Below, in pieces: positions 35,284-46,014 of a stretch of DNA of 64,000 bases. Where the stretch lies: contig JALAGF010004545.1 of NCBI GenBank assembly GCA_030167865.1, positions 1 through 64,000 of the forward strand, in the 5' to 3' direction. The notes under the pieces were generated by a model. That model made no database searches, was not told the origin of the DNA, and saw only the letters and a list, made by a program, of their open reading frames with translations. Each line of letters starts with the position of its first letter. Position 1 is the first letter of the stretch. Source of the DNA: Craspedostauros australis (lineage: Eukaryota). A program made the position numbers and the translations under genes.

Positions 35284-38200
35284 TTACCAGGCTCCGTCGC
35301 CGAAGTTGCCTCCGCCTCCACCGAAGCCGCTATTTCCCAAAGAAATGAGACGGGTTTGGACATCGCCATTGCAGTATGAGGTAAAGAAGGGAAGCGTTGG
35401 GTGTTGTGAGATGATATCTGGATGACTGCTGCAAGGTGACTTCAAGTGATGTGATTTTGCGAATGCCATGATCCAGCTTCAGCACGGTGGCCTCTTCCGC
35501 CCGCATACAAGAAGTGGGCAAAACTGGGCAACAATGATTTCATTCGCGCTGGACTTACCCTCCGCCTCCACCACCGCCGCCATATCCTCCACCGCCGCCG
35601 AAGTTGCCTCCTCCTCCACCGCCGTATCCACCACCGCCGTAGCCTCCACCACGATTTCCTCCTCCGCCACCACGGTTGTTGCTACGGTAATCACGTCCTC
35701 CGAAGCCGTTCTGACGGCCACCGCCGCGACGTCCGCCGCCGCCGCCACCACCTCGGTGCCCAGAGTACTGGCACATCTGCTCGAGCCACGGAGGCACCTC
35801 TTGTTTGTTCTCGTCCAACAAGTCACGGAGCTCACGGATAATTCCGGAGTTCTTCTCGTTGACGAAGCTGAGGGCGTTTCCGGTGTTTCCGGCACGTCCG
35901 GTACGACCGATACGGTGGACGTAGTCATCGACGTTGCCTGGCAAATCGAAGTTGACGACCTGGGTCACGTTGGGGATGTCGAGACCACGACTTGCCACAT
36001 CGGTGGCGACCAGGACTGGGCAGCGTCCCGTCTTGAATGCGCGCAGAGCTTCCTCACGTTCGCGTTGGGACTTGTCTCCGTGGATGGAGCATGCTGGGAA
36101 TCCCTTGTTGCACAGCACATCTTCGATGTAGTCACACGAGCGCTTCGTTTCCACGAAGATGAGGATGAGACCGTCATCGACGGTGAGGAGGAATCGCATG
36201 AGAGTTTCGATCTTGTCAGCCTCCTCCACGAACTCGACGGTTTGGGTGACATCCTGCGAGGCGGAACCAACTCGGCCGACCGTCAAGAAGATGTAGTCGG
36301 TCAGGAAGTCACCTGCGAGGCGCTGGATGTTCTGTGGGAAAGTGGCACTGAACATCATCGTCTGACGTCCTTCGCCGTACGGCATGCCGCTTTCCTCGAC
36401 GATGCGTCGGATTTGTGGCTGTTGTTGATTTGGTGGTTCGACACAGATGCAAACACACGAATGGGGTGTGTGATGTGATGCGATGTGAAGCGATACAACG
36501 GCATGACATGAAATCGCATGTTGGAATACGAGTGTGAGAATGAGATTGATGTTATTGGAAGGAATTGGCGCAGCAGACAAGTAGCAGATGCCCAGCCAGA
36601 TACGCAGTCGCATCCGCTTCAAATATCAACTGGGCCGCAATTGACGCCTTTGCTACCTCTGCTGTTGATACCCAAAGGTTGGCAAACAGCAGGAATAGAG
36701 ACGCCATGTCGACTATGTTTGATCAATGTTTTTGACGATCCAAACATCGCACGTAGCAAAGCATGGCCAAACACAGAACACAGCGCAGCATCGCACGACA
36801 TTTCAAGTGGTTGTACATACCTCGAAACCCATGTCCAACATACGATCGGCCTCGTCAAGGACGAGGAAACGGATGTTCTCCATGCCGAGTCTTCCGCGCT
36901 CGATGAAGTCGACCAACCGTCCTGGGGTTGCCACCAAGAGATCGCATCCACGCTCGGTCTGACGAATCTGCTCGTGGGCAGGGGCACCACCGTAAATGAC
37001 GACGGATGCAATGCCAGTGCAGTACATGAAGCGACGTCCTTCGTCGTGGATCTGCTGCGCGAGCTCACGGGTTGGGGCCAAGGCCAGAGCGGCTGGGTAG
37101 ATGCGGCGACGGCCATTCTCCGGTGCTTCCTCGCCTCCACGCTTGATCATGGCCATGATGATGGGGAAGAGGAAACCGGCAGTCTTTCCGGATCCGGTCT
37201 GTGCGCATGCCATGAGGTCACGGCCAGCACTTCCGATTGGCACGGAGTACTTTTGCACGGGTGTTGGTCTGGAGTATCCGCAGAGCTGAGTGTTGCGGTA
37301 CAGGTCCTCGCCGATGGTCTCGGCGGTGTAATCTTCGATGGGATCTGGTGGATTGTCTCCGCTGACCTCGACGGGGATCTTGCTGTAATTGTCAAAGTTG
37401 ATTCCCGTGGTCTGCTTGTCATCGCGATCGAAGAGCTGGCGCTCGAGGCGCTGGTCCGGTTTCATGTCACCATGGAATCCACGTTCGTTGCGTCGAGATC
37501 CGCCTCCGCGGTAGGATCCGCGACGGTCGTCACCTCCGCGACGGTATCCACCGCCACCGCCGCCTCCGCCGCCGTCCATGTCCACGCCGGACCAGCGAGA
37601 GTTCTGTTGGGGCGGACCCCGGTTGTCGTTGTTGTAGCCTCCGCGACGATCATCTCCGTACGAAGAGCGACGATCGTTGTTGTAGCCTCCGCCGCCGCCA
37701 CCACCGCGACGGTCGTTGCGGTAGCCACCGCCACCGCCTCCACCTCCACTGGATGGACGATTTCCTCCGGATGAGTTAGATCCGCCGGCCTGAGAGTTTC
37801 TCAGATGCGGCGGTACATACTTGCCACCTGTTTGAGCAGAGCAGAGTGGGGTCCGGGGCGCAGGGATCGCATTTTGATGGCGAGAAATCCATTGGGACGC
37901 AGGTCATTTTCGCAGATGAACACATTATATGTGTGTGCGTTGATTGGCCGATTGAATGGTCAGACACAATTCGTGGAGTTCCAGCATGTCAGTTGTGTTG
38001 TGTCATGTTGCGTTGTGTGATGTCACGGTATCACGCATCGCATCATTTGTCGATGATTCAATTGCATGAACCACAACACGCAATGCGCCAATCATCCGCA
38101 TCACGCAGACACATGATGCCGTGATCGCACCGAACCGTATTGCATCACATCATGTGTCGCATTGGCGTTGCGTTTCGTGGCAGTGCGTTGTGGTCAGCAC

Positions 38201-38731
38201 GTCCGATATGTAGAGCCAACGCGATGCATGCATTTAGTTGCCCACCACATCACAAAGCCAAGAGGGGAGAGGATCGGAAAGAGAGATTGTCTGTGTGAGT
38301 TGTCGCGTTCTGGCTGATGTTTCATTCCGCACTCTGATTGTGTGTGCAAACGTGCTGCACGAGCCAAGAGCATTGGTGGTTGCCATCGGCGTTTGCATTT
38401 GCCACCGCAGAGCTATCGCATGGATCCAATCCATCCAGGAAAGGCCAGATACGATCATCTTCGGGGCATGCAATGTCATGGTGGTTGCGCAAACGGAACG
38501 CTGCAGCATTGAGCAATTCACCCGCGCGTCGTGTTTCATCCCACCACGAATTGAAACGTGCGTCCACGACGCTCGTGTGATCGTGGCGGAGTCTTCATGC
38601 CACCGGCATGGCTTCGTTGAGCGGCATTCCACCATGACGCATCTTGCCATGCCACCACCAAGCATCATCATGGAGCGCTCTGCTGTGCTCTCCATCACCC
38701 TGCTCCCAATCTCAAACGCACCATTTTGCAT
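35284..38731 (-). CDS. DDX3: DEAD-box RNA helicase DDX3/Ded1, ~640 aa; exons 38731-38722, 37827-36821, 36418-35559, 35329-35284
   Basis: [45 protein letters not shown] and HRIGRTGR motifs, with Gly/RGG-rich termini. Three phase-compatible GT-AG introns (donors GTGCGT, GTATGT, GTAAGT) give 1923 nt in frame. The 10-nt first exon is the least certain part. Confidence 0.95.
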
Positions 38732-40203
38732 AACACTATTTTCGTTGCGATCTGAATCGTTCCTTCGTTGTGTGTGGACTGGAATGGAGGAGGTTGACAA
38801 ATCGACTTCCGGCAACCACCATCACGACGCGACAACTTGTCCCGCCACAAAACTCTTGGTGCTTCTGCTGTTCGGTTCTTGCCTCGTCGCCGTGTCGCTG
38901 TGCTTTCTTGGTCTTTGCTGTTGTTGCGTTCGGTGGTTGTGCTGGTCTTGTTTCTGATGGAAGGGGTGTGCGGTGACCGTTCGCGATAGCGTTTGCAGTA
39001 CTGAGTGTGTAGAAATGTACACAAACTGAATGAATGAGAGTCTGTCCGCCCATCAGCATCCAGCCTTCGCCTCAGAAATAGAAGTGCAGTGGCCAATTTG
39101 GAATAATCATTGGGATATGAGCTTGAGTGTTACGACGTGAAGATAGATTTAGAGCACCAAGACTCTGCTATTCCCAAGGGTCCAAGACTTCCGCTTCGCA
39201 AACGAGAAGCGACGACGCACAAATTGCCGTTGTGCCGACACGACTATCCAATCCGGTCGAATGACCAAGGCGGCCGTGGGACTGATGTCCCACCTCAGTA
39301 TGTTTGTTAGGAGAACTACGACACGTGTCGGACCACATTGGCTCGTGGTTAGTCCGTTCTGTTGACTGAACGGCAACGCAGCGTTATGCGGGCGTTAGAA
39401 GATCATTCGAGCGCCATTTTGGGAAGTGGAAGCAAGTGAAATTCAAACATGGGGATCACAGAACAAAACGTTGCCGTTTGCCGAAAATGGCGAAGTGCTG
39501 AGAGTTGCAACGGAGACCGGAAGCGCCGCAGAGGAAGATCTGTGCATTGACATTCCTGTTGACGTTGGCGTCCACATTGTCGTTTCTTGGTGTCGTTTCT
39601 TGGTGTTGGAGTTGGTATTGTTGACGTTGACAGAAGGTGTCCAGAGTGGTTCTGACAGTGGCGTTGACATCGACAGTGCCAACAACTGAACATCGATACT
39701 GTGGATACAGCCATTTAAAAGAGAGCAAAGGCAGCAGAGAGGGGTAGAGAGTGGAGCAGCACTGCCATAGCACACCACACCACAAAGCACCGCACCACAC
39801 CACACCATACAGACACATTCGCAGAAGAGGAGAGGAAAGGAAAGCAAAAAGAGACGCCAGAATCGACAGAACAGAGCACTTCCCTCAACAACGAAGCGTT
39901 CATCATACAATTCGAAAGAGAGACAGAGAGCAAAGAACACAAGTTACGCGTGGTGCTTGGAATCCGAAGCGTTACTTCATCATAGTCTCGTCAAAGCCTC
40001 AGTCTCATCACAGAGCACCTCCATCGGCAGCACAAACGCTGAGAACGGGTTCACATCGTGACATAGTCAACACCAACACCAATACGCGCGCAAGTACTAC
40101 TACTACTACTACGCGTACTACCACTACTGCACGCACAAATACTTCTACTGCTATTGCAATAGCTCGTACACGACCTTTAGTAGAATAGCAGAGGAGTTGA
40201 AGG

Positions 40204-42570
40204 ATGCCAGCGCAATCATTCCCTGGATGGCAGTCTCTGATGGGACCTGTCTCTGGTGCTCATTCTGCCATGAATGCAGCTCATGCGGTTCATGTTCCCA
40301 TCGGTGCTACTACTGCTCGCGTGGGCGCCACAACTGCCATTAATGGCATTAACGACATTAACGACAACGGGAACATCGACAGACCAGCTCTGGGTTCCAA
40401 CTTGCGCAGCAACAACGAAGAAGAAGCACACGAGGCTGGGCATAAAAGAACGGTGGACAACACTCAGAGTCACACAAGCGCAACTGCGAATGCTGGAGGC
40501 AAGATGACCATGGCTGCGAGTGGCACGAAGCCGTCGCGGTCAGGATGGAGGTTGCCAGGACGCAAGGCCTTCAGTGGTGCACGCAAGCGATTTGGGGACA
40601 AGGCCACCTCCAAGGAGAATGTGGCACCGCAACAACTACAGCCACAACTACAGCCACAACTACAGCCACAAGTACAGCCACATCAGTTGGAAGCAAGGCA
40701 AGCATCGGATCCACCGGCCTTCGCAACACCGGAGAGGTACAGAATGCAAGCCATCGCAGCTGCCAACAGCCCGTCTCTGCGCATCGCACAGCAGCAACCC
40801 AAGACGCCGACCTCAACGATCCCGGATGAAATACCCATGCCCTCCTCCCTCGATGAGATCAAGCCGTCCATGCTGCTGCATTCTCTCACACACAACGACT
40901 TTGAGGGTGGCAACAAGAACTACATCCGCGATCACAGCACCAGCAGTCCCGATGATAAGAAGGCGGCGGCCGTTCGCAAGAGCAGCAAGAAGAAGAAGGA
41001 TGGAGCCAGTTCTCAGGACGACTCCAACACCTTGCCGCTGCTGGAAGTCTCGATCGATCCCCATTTCCTCGAACGACCGCCGTCGCCCATGAACGAAGAT
41101 CCCAGATACGACATTGTGCGACATGGCCGGTTCTCCAAAGCCATGGATCCGCCCAAACCCAACCGAGATGCCGCCGCGCAGCTGCCGCGTATCGCACCCG
41201 CATCCTCGACTGATCGCAAGAGCAAGATGGAGCTGTGGGATGCGCAGCGCCTGGTCAAGGTCATCTTGGGCACCGACGATCTCGAAGCCACGTCCACGTT
41301 GCAGGCCATTCGGGTGTACGCGCTGTTGCGGCAGGAGCTTACGGAGTGCAAGGCCAAACTGTCGCAGGCCAATCGAGATCAAGCGGACGTTGGTGCGGCG
41401 TCGCCCACAAGACAAAACGATATGGCGTTGCAGGCCACACCGCCGTCGACGCAACGAATGATGCAGCCCAAGTGGATATCGCAACCGTCTTCTGGTGATG
41501 ATAATCTTGCAAAGCAGCAGGTGGTGGATGAAGACGCTGTGGAAGGCACAAAGGGCAATATGGACAAGTCGAACAGCGACGAGGATGCGCAGGTCTTTGA
41601 TGACATGCCCTCAGACGAATCCTGCACTAGCATCCCGCAATCACCCAACGGCAGCAACCCATCGAGCTGTTGCAGAGACGAAGTTGCGCAGACGGTCAAC
41701 TCCATGAACCGCAAGAATAACAGCGACGACAACAACAACAACAACAATATGGAGTGCAAGCACTGCATGCAGATGGCGCAGGCCGTGACGCAGCTTTCCC
41801 ACACATGCAAGGCCTACCAGACGCAACAGATGCAGTGGCAGTCCTCCCTCGTGGACGTCATGGGACGTCTGCAGCAAACGCCGCGCAAGTCTCTCACAGA
41901 GGAACAGCAGAACATGATCCAGACGCGTGTGCAGGATCTCCTGCATCAGCTTGCGAAGCGGCAACACGTCGAGGAGCTGACCGATCAGCTGCGAGCCAAG
42001 GATCTGCGCATTCTCGAGTTGGAAGAGGCCTTGCGCGATGCATCGCAATCACCAACGAATCCGCCGCGCATTCGCAGCCTCATGGATGACAATCATCACG
42101 ATGAAGAGAAGAAGGACAGTTCCGGCCACATGGTGTCGCCAACAACGATGTCGGACCTGGAGAAGGAACTGGAGGCAAGCCGCCAACGCGAAACCATGTA
42201 CCGCCAGCAAATCCAGACCATGCATGCCCGACTTCACAACGACGCATCCCAAACGAATGCCACCACACCGCGCGGCGCGTTTTGGACGCCGCGCAAGATG
42301 GCAGAACTGCACTCACGTCACTGGGATGCCATCAACATGATGGAATCGCACCGATTCTTGAACGTCAGCTTCACGCCCGACAGCGCGCACGCATCCGACC
42401 TCATGGCACACCAATCCATGCAGGTCGCCAATCTGCAGCGCGATCTGCAGGCCTCGCAAGAAGAGCTGCATCAACTGCAATCCAGCGTGTCCCACACGGT
42501 GACCACGGATTGCAGTCCAGCACGATCGCCCATGGCGGCAACCGTGTTTCGTCGTTACGACGTCAGTTAA
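40204..42570 (+). CDS. Hypothetical protein, 788 aa, disordered with several coiled-coil segments
   Basis: Long single ORF with coding-like codon usage, heptad-like segments (LTDQLRAKDLRILELEEALRD; VANLQRDLQASQEELHQLQ) and QPQL repeats. AT-rich 3' flank. Confidence 0.8.
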   Translation: MPAQSFPGWQSLMGPVSGAHSAMNAAHAVHVPIGATTARVGATTAINGINDINDNGNIDRPALGSNLRSNNEEEAHEAGHKRTVDNTQSHTSATANAGGKMTMAASGTKPSRSGWRLPGRKAFSGARKRFGDKATSKENVAPQQLQPQLQPQLQPQVQPHQLEARQASDPPAFATPERYRMQAIAAANSPSLRIAQQQPKTPTSTIPDEIPMPSSLDEIKPSMLLHSLTHNDFEGGNKNYIRDHSTSSPDDKKAAAVRKSSKKKKDGASSQDDSNTLPLLEVSIDPHFLERPPSPMNEDPRYDIVRHGRFSKAMDPPKPNRDAAAQLPRIAPASSTDRKSKMELWDAQRLVKVILGTDDLEATSTLQAIRVYALLRQELTECKAKLSQANRDQADVGAASPTRQNDMALQATPPSTQRMMQPKWISQPSSGDDNLAKQQVVDEDAVEGTKGNMDKSNSDEDAQVFDDMPSDESCTSIPQSPNGSNPSSCCRDEVAQTVNSMNRKNNSDDNNNNNNMECKHCMQMAQAVTQLSHTCKAYQTQQMQWQSSLVDVMGRLQQTPRKSLTEEQQNMIQTRVQDLLHQLAKRQHVEELTDQLRAKDLRILELEEALRDASQSPTNPPRIRSLMDDNHHDEEKKDSSGHMVSPTTMSDLEKELEASRQRETMYRQQIQTMHARLHNDASQTNATTPRGAFWTPRKMAELHSRHWDAINMMESHRFLNVSFTPDSAHASDLMAHQSMQVANLQRDLQASQEELHQLQSSVSHTVTTDCSPARSPMAATVFRRYDVS

Positions 42571-42930
42571 ATCATTATTCATAAAATACAATGTATTATA
42601 TTATTGTAGGATGAATGGTATTGCATAATATGGCATTATATGGAATTGTGAATGATGAAGGTGGCATGAAGTGGTAGTGTTGGTACTTTGCTCTGGCTCG
42701 CCGCACGGCAGAAGCGGACGTTTGAATTGATTCGTTCTTGGCGAACAACGAAGAAAGAAACTCTCCGAATTGCGCGCCATCATGGACAACACAAACTTAT
42801 GGATCAACGTCTCAAATTGACACACAATCTAAACATAGAGACAAACAATCCAATCAATCAATCCAACATATTATAGATAAAGGACACTCCACTCCACTGT
42901 ATTAGTAGAGTGCAAGAAGAGCACACCACC

Positions 42931-44754
42931 ATGTTCCGACGCCAAACGGGCAAGAAGACCGACGATGCCGTCGCCGTGGCCACCGGAGATGATGCAGCAG
43001 GCAGCTCCGCGCGCTCGCAACGGCACCAACGCAAGCGCATCCGCAAGCACAGGACCTGCATCAGCCGCATCTGCGGTCCCGTCTGCTCCTTGGTCACCAT
43101 CATCGTCGGTGTCGTCCTCGTGGCCCTCGGCATGATCATCGGCCTGCTCGTCTTTCTCATTCCCTCCGAGGAGACGGGGGACGTGCGCAGTGCGGGTGGC
43201 GGCATCGCACAATCAAAGTCACAATCAAAGTCACAATCAACGGCAATGACGCCATCATCACCTGCGTCAGGATTGTTTCCGCCAGAATACCCAAAGATCT
43301 ACTGGGATTCGACTGGTCAGCACAAGGAGCATGTGGAACTGTCTGCGGAGGTCATCCAGATGTGCACCAAGACGCTGTGGCACACCCTCGAAACCACCAC
43401 CATCGTCCTGCCCGACGATGAGACCTTCATCCACACTGGCGATATCGACGATCTTTGGCTGCGGGACAGCGCGGCCCAGATCCATCCCCTCATCGCGCCC
43501 TTGCTTTCCGCCGCCACCTCCAACAACGGCAACAGCTTCTCATGGATCCAGCGCGATCCGCGGCTCGAGCGCATCGTGCGCGGCCTCATCAAACGCTGCG
43601 CCATGTACATTCGCCACGATCCCTACGCCAACGCCTTCCGCATCGACGACACCTACGTCTTCTCGGCCGCGCAGAAGCGCATGGGACGACACGATCTCAT
43701 CTCGACCTGGAATTACGAGCTCGATAGCGGGTGCTACTACATCCGGATGCTCTACTTCTACTGGAAGGCCATGCCGGGACAGGCGCAGTTCCTGCGGATG
43801 GACCGCATCCAGCAGGCCGTCACCATCATGGTCGATCTGTGGATCGCCGAACAAAGGCATGAGGATGACGCCTATCCGCAGGGCGAGCTCTTCGATTGCC
43901 AGAACTGCAACAAACCCTACCGCTATCCCGGTCTCAAGCGGGCCGGCAAAGGCACGCCCACGAATCCCGAGGCCGGATTGACGTGGACGGGATTCCGGCC
44001 CTCCGATGACGAGTGCATGTACGGATACCTCATCCCGGCCAACATGTTCACCGTCGTGGTTCTGGAGTACCTGCTGGAGATGAATGCACAACTGTGGCAC
44101 AACGACGAACTCAGTACGAAAGCGACGCAGCTCAAGAACGCCATCCAGCACGGCATCGAAACCCACGGCATCGTCGATCATGACAAATACGGCAAGATCT
44201 ACGCTTACGAAGTCGACGGCCACGGCAACCACCTCCTCATGGACGATGCCAACATCCCGTCCCTGCTCAGCATGCCATACTTGGGATACCGCCACTACGA
44301 CCCCGCCATCTACGACAACACGAAACGCTTCATCTTCTCCTCTGACAACCCGACCTACCAGAAGGGCACCAACACGCTGACGGGCCCCATCGAGGGATAC
44401 GGCTCACCGCACATGAACAGGGCCATCCCGCACAACATCTGGCCCATGAGTCTGGCCATGAAGGGCCTCGTCTCTGACGACATCCACGAAAAGGCTGCCA
44501 TCGCCGAACAGTTAGTGCAGGCATCCGCCCACTTGTCCTACATGCACGAATCCTTCGACGTCTCCAACCCGGCACGCTTTACGCGCTCGCATTTCTGCTG
44601 GGCGGACTCCCTGTTCGCCGAGTTAGTTCTCAGTCTCACCAACGACTGTCCCTTGCCGTCGCATAAGTACAAGGTCATGAAATGGAGGGATCCGGCGGGC
44701 GTGCCAGCGGGTGGTGAGTTTGCTCTGCAAGATCAGCCCATCGAACGGATATAG
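42931..44754 (+). CDS. Glycoside hydrolase family 125 (alpha-1,6-mannosidase-like), 607 aa, with an N-terminal transmembrane anchor
   Basis: TGDI..LWLRDS, DPYANAF, YELDS, FRPSDD, YLIPANMF, YAYEVDG.GN..LMDDAN.PSLL, GSPH, WPMS, MHESF, FTR..F.WA.SLFAE. Confidence 0.92.
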   Translation: MFRRQTGKKTDDAVAVATGDDAAGSSARSQRHQRKRIRKHRTCISRICGPVCSLVTIIVGVVLVALGMIIGLLVFLIPSEETGDVRSAGGGIAQSKSQSKSQSTAMTPSSPASGLFPPEYPKIYWDSTGQHKEHVELSAEVIQMCTKTLWHTLETTTIVLPDDETFIHTGDIDDLWLRDSAAQIHPLIAPLLSAATSNNGNSFSWIQRDPRLERIVRGLIKRCAMYIRHDPYANAFRIDDTYVFSAAQKRMGRHDLISTWNYELDSGCYYIRMLYFYWKAMPGQAQFLRMDRIQQAVTIMVDLWIAEQRHEDDAYPQGELFDCQNCNKPYRYPGLKRAGKGTPTNPEAGLTWTGFRPSDDECMYGYLIPANMFTVVVLEYLLEMNAQLWHNDELSTKATQLKNAIQHGIETHGIVDHDKYGKIYAYEVDGHGNHLLMDDANIPSLLSMPYLGYRHYDPAIYDNTKRFIFSSDNPTYQKGTNTLTGPIEGYGSPHMNRAIPHNIWPMSLAMKGLVSDDIHEKAAIAEQLVQASAHLSYMHESFDVSNPARFTRSHFCWADSLFAELVLSLTNDCPLPSHKYKVMKWRDPAGVPAGGEFALQDQPIERI

Positions 44755-45148
44755 TGCGGTAGTTTAGGTTTGGATTGGTTGATGGTACCGCAGTCCATCA
44801 TAGAATACCTAGTATTCTACTATACGTCTGGTAGCACACCATACTCTACCACATCAATGCGTTGTAATACGCTGCGCGTGAGAGACAAGAAAATCGGATC
44901 CTGGAGAGTTTTTGATGCCAGAGAATGACTCCCGCCAATTCATGAATGACTCCATTGCCCAACTTGCGGTTGTTGTGGTGAGAACAGTACTACTAATCAC
45001 CACAGAGAAGCAGCTTCTCCTGCCGCAATCCCACAACGAAGACCAACAGAGAGAGAAAGCGACGGGCACCAACCTTTTCCAGTCATCAACACTATCGCAC
45101 AACCAAGGTCCACAGTAATCAATCAACCAACACAACACACACCGCACC

Positions 45149-45640
45149 ATGCTCGGCTTCTACATCCTCTGGATCGGCTTCCTGCTGTACACGTTGCTGG
45201 ACACGGATCCGGAGCACGCGTTCGATGACGAAATCGCCGCCATGAATGACTCCGATGATCTGGAAGATGGCAACCACAACGATGACGATGGCGACGACGG
45301 CGGCGACGGCAAGAAGAAAAAGAAGAAGCGCAAGTCCAGCCGCAAGAGCAAGAAGAACAAGAAGAAGCGCATGATGCGCAACGTGGCCAAGGCCGCCGGT
45401 CTCATGGCCGTCATCCTCGTCGTCTACTTCATCTCCGTCAACTACCAGATCAAGACGATGCCCCAGAAGGAGGCCATGCTGGAGACGGCCATCGAAGACG
45501 TCCAGGCCAGCGCGAATGCTCACGCCGCGCAGCAGACGGGCAAGCCGACGGCCGTACCAGCGCATGGAGTCAAGGTTGCCAACATGGCGGAGGCGCGTGG
45601 TCGGTTGCGAGCGGCCGTGCGGAGAGCTGGAGCCAAATAG
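45149..45640 (+). CDS. Small hypothetical membrane protein, 163 aa
   Basis: Hydrophobic N-terminus, acidic then poly-Lys loop, second hydrophobic segment (AAGLMAVILVVYFISV). Strong C/G third-position bias and ACCATG start. Confidence 0.75.
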   Translation: MLGFYILWIGFLLYTLLDTDPEHAFDDEIAAMNDSDDLEDGNHNDDDGDDGGDGKKKKKKRKSSRKSKKNKKKRMMRNVAKAAGLMAVILVVYFISVNYQIKTMPQKEAMLETAIEDVQASANAHAAQQTGKPTAVPAHGVKVANMAEARGRLRAAVRRAGAK

Positions 45641-46014
45641 GGGCGTGCTGCGAGTCCTTGAGAGCGATGGTCAACGCACGCTCGATTGCGATCCATGTAC
45701 TCTGGTCACTTCTACTCGTATTTGTAGAGTAACATTCTTCACATCACTGCTCTCTACAGCTCAAGTCATTGCGCAGGTTTCAATGTTCTGCAACACTCTC
45801 AACGTTCCATCTTGACTTGAGTTGTGTTCGCCGTCAACTCTATTGTGTTATGCTAGTATGCGCTGCCCTACCGCCGACGCCCCTTCCTGTTTCCCCATGC
45901 GGCGGTCTCTCCCCTTGCTCGTTGCATCCGACTCCACACCACATTCTCCGAGTACTTCAGATAGCACTTACGAGCATATGGTCATGCGAGCGTCGCATCT
46001 GACCTCTTGGTGTC

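Noticed and set aside
37828..38721. Possible intronic C/D-box snoRNA in DDX3 intron 1 (ATGATGA on the minus strand near 38665)
   Set aside because: No CTGA D box at a suitable distance and no terminal stem seen.
44801..44819. Inverted repeat TAGAATAC-CTA-GTATTCTA after the GH125 stop
   Set aside because: Only an 8-bp stem with no U-tract, and bacterial-type terminators are not relevant here.
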